A stretch of DNA of 64,000 nt from Negaprion brevirostris (taxonomy: Eukaryota). Shown in pieces: positions 60,641 through 64,000 of this stretch. The number at the start of each line of letters is the position of its first letter. Within the stretch, counting starts at the first letter, position 1. Location of the stretch: the NCBI GenBank assembly GCA_030324005.1, contig JARDVH010000110.1:21173198-21237197 (forward strand), in the 5' to 3' direction. The notes under the pieces were generated by a model. The model had not been told where the DNA came from. It did not search any database and was given only the letters and a program-made list of their open reading frames with translations. The position numbers and the translations under genes are program-made.

Positions 60641-62523
60641 GCAACTCCCTTGACCTCTCAACTAAGTCACCTCTACTGGCCCTTACCATATTCAGGGTGA
60701 CTCCCCCAAATTTGACCTGTGGCTTCTCTACCTTGATCTTGGGCAAACACCTCCAATCACTTCCCTGTATCCCTTATCCAAAATCCACCTCATTTAATCA
60801 TTTTCTGCTCCAACCACCTCTGAAAAGAATTTTCCCACTGGCAATGAAAACTGCACTTTTAAATTTCCAATTAGCTTTTGGCTCACCACCCATTTCAATA
60901 CTTCTGCTGTCAATGATTTGTTCAACTATTCCCACACTTTCCCACCTTTGATTCCTGGGACCCAATAAAAAATCCACTTTGTTTCCATAGCACAGTCCCT
61001 ATTTTTACTCCCTCAAATCCAAGGGATATAGATTTAAATGTACCAAGTGTACAATTGGTTTAGCCACCCTTTGCCAGGGCAAAATTCCAGGATCATTCTA
61101 AAGAGCAAGTTAACCCTACTTTTTTTCTTCAGTACCAACTATTGCCTTAAAATTGTCTTCAGCCCTCACATCCAAGGTGTGCAAGGAGCTCATGGACTTG
61201 TTATTCAGTTTCAAACCTTTTTTTTGCTACCTATTTAACTTCCAACGCCATGTCCTTTTCCACTGCCAAATTTCCTTCAAGCTCCCCCAACACTAGCTTC
61301 AAATTCAAATTTCTCTCTTTGTTTTCCAGTTCCATTCAAGTCCTCTCCAAGCTAACCTCATTCACAACCTTCACCACTTCCTTCCTTGATCCTATTCCCA
61401 GCAAAGCTGCCTCCTTCAGTTATACTTCTAAATCTATGAAGGACATGGGCAGTACACACGTGGGAACACCATCACCTCCAAGTTCCCCTCCAAATCACAC
61501 ACCATCCTGACTTGGAAATATATCAGTGTTCCTTCACTGTTGCTAGATGAAAATACAATCTTAGCAACACTGTTGATGGGTCTACACCACAGGGGCTCAC
61601 ACAACCTTCTCTAGAGTAGCTGGGGGATGGACAATAAATGCTGGTCTTGTCAGTGACACTTATATCCTTTGAAAGAATAAAAACAAAACTTGCCTCCTGA
61701 CCCTCTAAACCTAAGCTCATTCAAAACTTTTCCACTGTGTCATACCCAGCACCAAGTGGCCTCACACCCATCCTTGTTGACCATTGTTCTCCCACACCAC
61801 TGTCTTAAATTTATCAATCCTCATCCCCCTGCTTAAAGCCTTGATAGCCCCATCCCTTCCAATTTCTGTGACTTCTTCCAGCACAAGTCTCATTATTCTT
61901 CTGACTCTAACCTTTTGTGTAACTTTATATACCCTTAAACCAACCCCCCCCCCCACCTATGCTATTAATAGGTGTGCTTTCAGGTGTTTCAGCACTAAGC
62001 TCTAGGAACCCCTCTGCACATCCCTATGCTGCTTTAAAATTTACCTCTGTNNNNNNNNNNNNNNNNNNNNNNNNNNNNNNNNNNNNNNNNNNNNNNNNNN
62101 NNNNNNNNNNNNNNNNNNNNNNNNNNNNNNNNNNNNNNNNNNNNNNNNNNTCTGTGACCCAGTTTTTTGCCACTGCTTTTGATTTCACCTTTGCCCTGGG
62201 ATTGATTCCTTTGTCTGATTTTACCTTTTGTGAAGCACCTTAGTGCATTTTTCTGTATTGAATTTTCCTGCTTGCCATTATAGCAAAGACCCAGAAACAG
62301 GATTCTGCACTATCAGCTACTTAATGAATAGATTCCTGTCAGATTAAGATGCAGATTTTGGATTGGCAGAGTTATTAAAAATAATGGTCTGCGTAAGGCC
62401 CAGTTAATAGTGGAGTCCTGCAAGGACCAAAATTAGGACTGTTGCTGTAACGTCTTTAATCAATGATTTAGAAAAGGTTTGGGGAGAAACTGTGTGCAGG
62501 TTCACATAATAATCATAGATGAT

Positions 62524-62788
62524 TTTTATTTATTAAGTGTCACAAGTGGGCTTACATTAACACCGAACACTGAAAATCCCCTAGTCACTGCACTCCAGTG
62601 CCTGTTTGGCTATGCTAAATTCTCCCTCTGTGTACCCAATGCACCTAACCAGTGTGTCTTTGAGTGTGGGAGGAAACACATGCAGAAACAGGGAGAACAT
62701 GCAAACTTCACACAGTGACCCAAGCCAGCACTCAAACCTGGCTCCCTGGTGCTATGAGGCAGCAGTTGCTAACCACTGTGCCATTGTG
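62524..62788 (-). mobile_element. HE1-related V-SINE (alternative tail)
   Basis: Same tail, core and head as 19115-19368. Confidence 0.8.
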
Positions 62789-62844
62789 GCAGATCTAGCT
62801 GCAAATAGGGCATGGACCCATTTCTAGTAACCATCATTTAATGT

Positions 62845-63190
62845 GGAGGAATGGTAGCAGGGTTACTGTTACTGGGCTAGTCTGCTAGTGGCCTGGACTA
62901 ATGATCTGGAACTGAGTTCAGATCTCACCAGGGCAGTTGGGGAATTTAAATTCTGCAATTAAGTAAATCTGGAGTGTTGTTTAAAAACCCATCTTATCCA
63001 CTTTTAAGGACGGAAGTTGACTGTCCTTACCTCGACAGGACAATATGTGACTCCCAGCCAACCTCAATGTTATTGAATTACCTTCTAAGATCACTATTAA
63101 ATTGTATTCAAGGAAGTAGCTCATCATCACAATCTCAAGGGGCAACTGGGGATGGACAGTGATGCCAAAAGCCCATGAACAGATAAAATA
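62845..63190 (+). mobile_element. tRNA-derived SINE related to 8785-9155
   Basis: gagttcagatctcacc B-box; shared body; tail gggcaactggggatggaca. Confidence 0.6.
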
Positions 63191-64000
63191 TACACATTAT
63201 GTTCTGCATGAAGTTAGAACAAACAGCAAGCAGGTGTACACCTGAAGAGCCGTGAACTTAAGTTTATTTATTCATGTTACAAGTAGGCTTACGTTAACAC
63301 TTCAATGAAGTTACTGTGAAAATCTCCTAGTTGCCACACTGCAGCTTGGACAAACAAATAAACTGAATTTTCCCATGTTTAGTTTAGAACCCCTCACATT
63401 ATGGTGCTTTAAACAGTTTCTAACCTTTCCTAGAAATTTGGTTGACAGGTTAATTGGGTTCTGGTCTGCAAAACTTTCACCAGGATAGTATGGGACAGAT
63501 GTATTGACAGACTAGCTGGCCTTTCCCCTATCATTGTCATATATTTATAATATCTCTCTCACATCCCCAGTAGAGACCAACACAAAGCCAGAACACATTG
63601 GGCTCATGAGCCCCTTCTTCAGTCCATTATGACAAGGAACTCCCAAGGGGACAGTGTTCTTTGGTTGGTACTTTTACAGGAAAAAGAGGTAATCAGATTG
63701 AGCCACTTGCTGTTACAGATTGGATTCTTCAAAAATTAGCCAAATTCCTTGGAACATTCTTCCAATAGGACAAGAAGAGACAAGAAGTCTCAATAGCCAA
63801 TTGGATTAAGAACAGTTAATGCTGAAATCACAACAGGTCAGGAGACATTAGAGAAATACAGTTCACATTTTACCTTGATGACCATTCACAAGATACCAAT
63901 TGGATGTTTATTCTCAACTGAATATAGTTCAGCGTAGACAAAACAGTGTTTGTGTAGCCTTAGTAACAACATAATGCAGTAATGTGCCAAAGCTCAAAGA

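Overview
Eukaryotic, repeat-rich vertebrate DNA, almost certainly from an elasmobranch (shark), judged by HE1/V-SINE-type SINEs, CR1-type LINEs and a Deu-domain SINE. The dominant feature is the 3' half of an NSD1-type H3K36 methyltransferase gene on the + strand. Thirteen GT-AG coding exons (2690-42334) splice in frame to about 734 aa covering the PHD1-4, PWWP2, AWS, SET, post-SET and PHD5-C5HCH domains. The stop comes only 22 aa after the C5HCH/GEIRE motif. It is followed by a candidate ~10.7 kb 3' UTR ending near an AATAAA at 53084. Introns and downstream DNA are filled with decayed SINEs, LINEs, Penelope-like elements, solo LTRs, a Gypsy remnant, a pogo fragment and Harbinger-type MITEs. 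The items most worth following up are: Penelope-derived minimal hammerhead-ribozyme motifs (including a 111-bp TSD-flanked insert in the 3' UTR), a G-U-rich sense-strand hairpin cluster just upstream of the poly(A) signal, a ~670-nt foldback inside a SET-domain intron, LF-SINE-like relics, and the short NSD1 C-terminus. I found no clear new multi-gene system. Comparisons to human NSD1 and to repeat consensus sequences are from memory, not database searches, and most repeat boundaries are approximate.
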